A program made the translations under genes and the position numbers. A stretch of 64,000 bases of DNA. Source: Rhodosorus marinus CCMP1338 (lineage: Eukaryota > Plantae > Rhodophyta). The DNA lies in NCBI GenBank assembly GCA_029953675.1, contig JAMWBK010000003.1:434001-498000 (forward strand), in the 5' to 3' direction. This document shows, in pieces, positions 60,430-64,000 of the stretch. Each line of letters opens with the position of its first letter. Positions within the stretch are counted from its first letter, which is position 1. The notes beneath the pieces were generated by a model. The model saw only the letters and a list, made by a program, of their open reading frames with translations, did not search any database and was not told the DNA's origin.

Positions 60430-60582
60430 CCGAGAGAGACACAGAGACGGAGAGATAAAGAGAGAGATACAGATAGATACAAAGAAATACAAAGAAATAC
60501 AAAGAGAGAGATATATATACAGAGAGACAGTGAGAGACGGAAGCACAGAGACACAGAGACACAGAGAGAAGCAGAGAGCAGA
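60430..60582. repeat. Purine-rich low-complexity tract (AGAG/ACAG/ATAC units)
   Basis: Read directly; explains the spurious S/L/C-rich minus-strand ORFs. Confidence 0.85.
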
Positions 60583-61944
60583 CGACTTAGTAGCGCCTTC
60601 TTCTTCCCTTCCTCCCCGTCTGCCAACACACCAAAAAGTCAAGAATTTTGGCCAAGATTTTTTCAAAACCAAACTTTTTGGTGTTTTTCAGGCCCATTCT
60701 TTGACGAATGTTCTCTACTCTTTTTTTAGAATATTTTATATGGATTGTTTCTAGGATGCTGAAAATACAGAAACTTTTGGCTCCTTAGAGTTATTATTTA
60801 TTTCTTCATGAAGTTTTGCTGTTTTTTTAGTAGCAAGCGAACAGGGGGGGGGGGAAGTACGGGAAGAAAGTTGTAGAACTATGGTGCTGGGCATGAGGGG
60901 TAGTTTCTGTTGCGCATATATTTTTTAAATCAAAATATGGAAACTCAACCCTTTTGAGGGGGGTTGGATTTTTGCGATGATGAATAGAGTGTGAATCAGA
61001 TGTGAACTATTGAAGGGGGGGTTGCGTTGTTTACATCCGCCAAAAGAAATTGAAATTTCTGAGTGGGTTTTCTATGGGGGGGGGTAGATCTGCGTGGATC
61101 TACAATAATGGTCGTTTTTAGATCTAAAAGGAGGTTGGGGTTAAACAAACACTTCAAAAGATATTGAAATGCAAAAATGGATGCGGGGGGGGGGTTCGAA
61201 ATTTCGACATATTATCAAACGGACCAAATGAAAGCGATGCCAGAAATATCCTCTTTTTATTTTGCTTATATAAGGATTCGATATTTTAAAAAAAAGAAAA
61301 GGGGTTGGGGCGCCTTTTCTTTTGTCCCAGTTAGGGTTGTCAGGTATTTGAAATTCGAAGTGATGGTAAACTTATTCTTTTGCGGTTTGGGTGTCAGGAG
61401 CGATCCACATGAGCGGGGATCGTTGCCAGACAGTGGATTTGATACCTCTCTTGGCATTCAATGCGGTTAAAGCGTAGGAGTGCTGGCATTCAATGCCTTT
61501 AAAACGTAGGAAGGGTTTTCAGCAAGTCATGGCGTGCCGTATTGAATTGTTGTATCTTGCTCGTAGCTCGGTTGAAAGGCAAAACATGGATCTCAGGAAT
61601 GGGTTTCCCTGTGAAGGCGCTAGCGCCAAAGTTGAACTCATAGGCCGTCTTGCAGTACCGATGTCGACAGTCGTAAGTGTGAGAGTATTGTTTTCTCATC
61701 AGCTCAGATGCGCCGTACTAAAGAGAGCAGCCTTGAACTGGTCCCATGGTTTGCTCGCCTCTAGCTCGATGCAACAAGAAGCCAGGGCGCCCGCTGGGCT
61801 GCGCAAACTAGACGTTTAGTTGTCTCCGTTTTATTGGACGCTGTGCATTATGTAGTAGTGCGTCAATTAGGATCCATATCCGGATCTCTCACTACTGATC
61901 TTATAAAAAGGGACCAAGCGTGACGACGCATGTATTTTCGTCCT

Positions 61945-63998
61945 TCATGACTCAAGGGCGATGAGTTCTGGTGCTGCGACCTGCTCAACCTTGCCGGGCG
62001 ATACTTCCGCCTTCACGACAGACTCCGCTTCTCGTGCCCAAGTGTCCAATATCGCTGCAACCCCTAACGATGACGCGGGAGATGTCGCAAGCACTTCCTT
62101 AAACCTCTCACGTACTTTTCTGCTGACGCCTAACCACCTGCATCAAACCGCAAAAAACCACAGATTTGTATTCGATGAGTCTCAGCAAGACACGAGAACG
62201 TATAAGCCAAGCAATAGTCCAGGGCGGTCAATCGTACCCCATGGGTGGCCTGCGAAAGGCGTATGAAGCACTTCCCTTCCTCGGGTAGCCCTTCGAAACG
62301 TGGATTATTAGAGTCGGCATGCTGTGGTCCATAATCCGCAATCGGCAGACAACAACTGGCAAGTTGAACTCGTTCTTAATCGTTAACTGTAGATGAGGGA
62401 TCTTTCTCACAACCTCATCGCATTCCGTATTTACAGCATCTCTCAAGCTCTTGCCATCATCCGCGTGTGCTGGTACGAAAGCAAAATATTGACCCGGTCA
62501 GACTGCGCCGACAGTCGAGCCACTAGGACATAGGCATGACTACGGTGCGAGGATGAGCAGGGTAAAGCACTTACTTTTCGGCTTCTTGGCAAGGCGTAGG
62601 CCGTCAACACTGCATTCGAAGACAACCCGCGACGAGATGAAGTTGCTCGGAGACATAATCGCAATTTCAGGATTCCCCGCACCAAGCAGGCCGTTCGAAC
62701 TCATCTCCACCTTCGAAGGATTCCGCAGAGCGTGGAGTGTGTTCTGTATTCTTTCACTTTTTCCTCGTTTCATCTTGGATAGCGGAAAATATTGAAAACA
62801 CGTGAACACGAGTTGTAAATGCATCCAACGATTCTGCACTCGCCTACCTCCGCGTCAACAAACTCGTCAAGTTTCTGCACTTGCTCCACGGCCATTACAA
62901 CACGCTCGGATACGTGCGCCACCACGTGATTCCAATTTAGCTGCGTGTTATTCGGTACAGAATTCGCTGGTTCGGATTTCTCCGGCTGTGCAGGACTTGG
63001 TGCCTGCTTAGGCTGCCCTGTTGGGGGTGATGGCTTGGGTTTTTGTTGTTTCGAATTGGACGTCGATTGCGATCCCGAACCACCCCTCGCCATCTGAACC
63101 TGATAAGATTTAACAAGTCCGCAGTAGCAACTAAGACCTTGGTCCTACAGGAACATGCTTGGATCATATAGCAAACCTGGATAGGTAAGTTTGGCTCCTG
63201 CTTCGCTCGCTGCCTGGGGGTTGGGTTCTTCCGCGGTGACGCGGTCAGTCTACTTCTCTGTCTCTGTACTTGTTCAGCTTCCACGGCAGGCCCCTCGTTT
63301 CCCATCATCTTCATTCCATTCTCCACAGCACTAGCAACAAGCTTCTTCTGGGTAACCGCCTGTCTCCGCTGCTGTGCGACGGGTACTTGCACTGCGGTGG
63401 GGTCCAGCGGACGATTGCCCTTGTCGGCTACAGCCTGATCTGGGACCAGTTTAGGGGCGACACCTAGATGAGCAGGCAAAACAAAACACGTTTCAGCGAG
63501 GACAGAATATCAAAGAAAAACTCTCCCCAAACTTTGCCTACCTGGCTGCGCCGTGTATTGCGGAGCTCCATGATGCCCAGCATCCACGGTATGCTCTGGC
63601 ATTGGTTGGCCTTGCACGGGTTCGTTACGCTTCACTTGGTCTTTTATCCAACGCATTAGGAAGTGGATCATCTGTCTGACCCGATCCAGAGCTTCAACGC
63701 TGTTGTAGTTAGGTGGTAGTGGCCTGGTCAAGTTTAGAATCTTAATGCACAACCGCGTCTTCTCCACAAAGTTCTCCTTCTTATCCGCTGGTATCGCAAC
63801 CCGGTTCGTGTACACCAAGAGATTCATACTCGTGAGCTTGTCAAAATATTCACTTTTCATGGTCTGCAGCGTTTGCCAGGCTAGTTTATCGTTTGCGTTC
63901 TTATTCGCTGCCGCCCGAATTTGTTGCTGATTCTGGCCTCTAGATCGACCGCTACTCATTGAGGACGTATGCGGATCCTGCTTAGCCGCGGCCGCCAT
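61945..63998 (-). CDS. MED15: Mediator subunit 15-like protein; may extend 5' beyond the window
   Basis: WQTLQTMKSEY helical domain, Q/P-rich linker, C-terminal PTLIIHVSKGYP and ILDTWAR resembling plant MED15 domains. No KIX domain is visible inside the window. Confidence 0.55.
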
Positions 63999-64000
63999 TT

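Noticed and set aside
60019-60672. S/L/C/F-rich minus-strand ORFs
   Set aside because: Translations of the purine-rich low-complexity tract and the CXC gene upstream region.

Overview
Gene-dense eukaryotic nuclear DNA with many short GT-AG introns (about 55-110 nt). Plastid-transit-like N-termini (MAFIGG, MAWIGF), thylakoid Tat-type signals and a CBM20 starch-binding protein suggest a red alga; the taxon is inference. About 17 protein genes are supported: acid phosphatase, two DUF6816-like proteins, a CASTOR/POLLUX-like channel, an F-box protein, SET1, VPS16, NFX1, XPD, a WDR77/MEP50-like protein, PrmA, cyclophilin, a tesmin/TSO1 CXC protein, MED15 and others. There is also one rearranged, inactive Ty3/gypsy remnant and several repeats. 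Two gene models stand out once spliced by hand. (1) An 8-exon gene (3694-7704, minus) fuses the peroxisomal-type multifunctional protein (hydratase + dehydrogenase) in frame to a complete 3-ketoacyl-CoA thiolase (1,122 aa, ending -GKL). (2) A 3-exon gene (24251-30903, minus) joins two separately listed ORFs into a 2,150-aa protein of 16-aa repeats, LRRs, a ~1,500-aa coiled coil and a C-terminal CBM20. Other notable features are a 264-bp intergenic hairpin and recurrent strand-skew switches at AT-rich promoter cores. No database searches were run, so family assignments come from motif recognition and novelty is unverified. No rRNA, tRNA or CRISPR array was seen.
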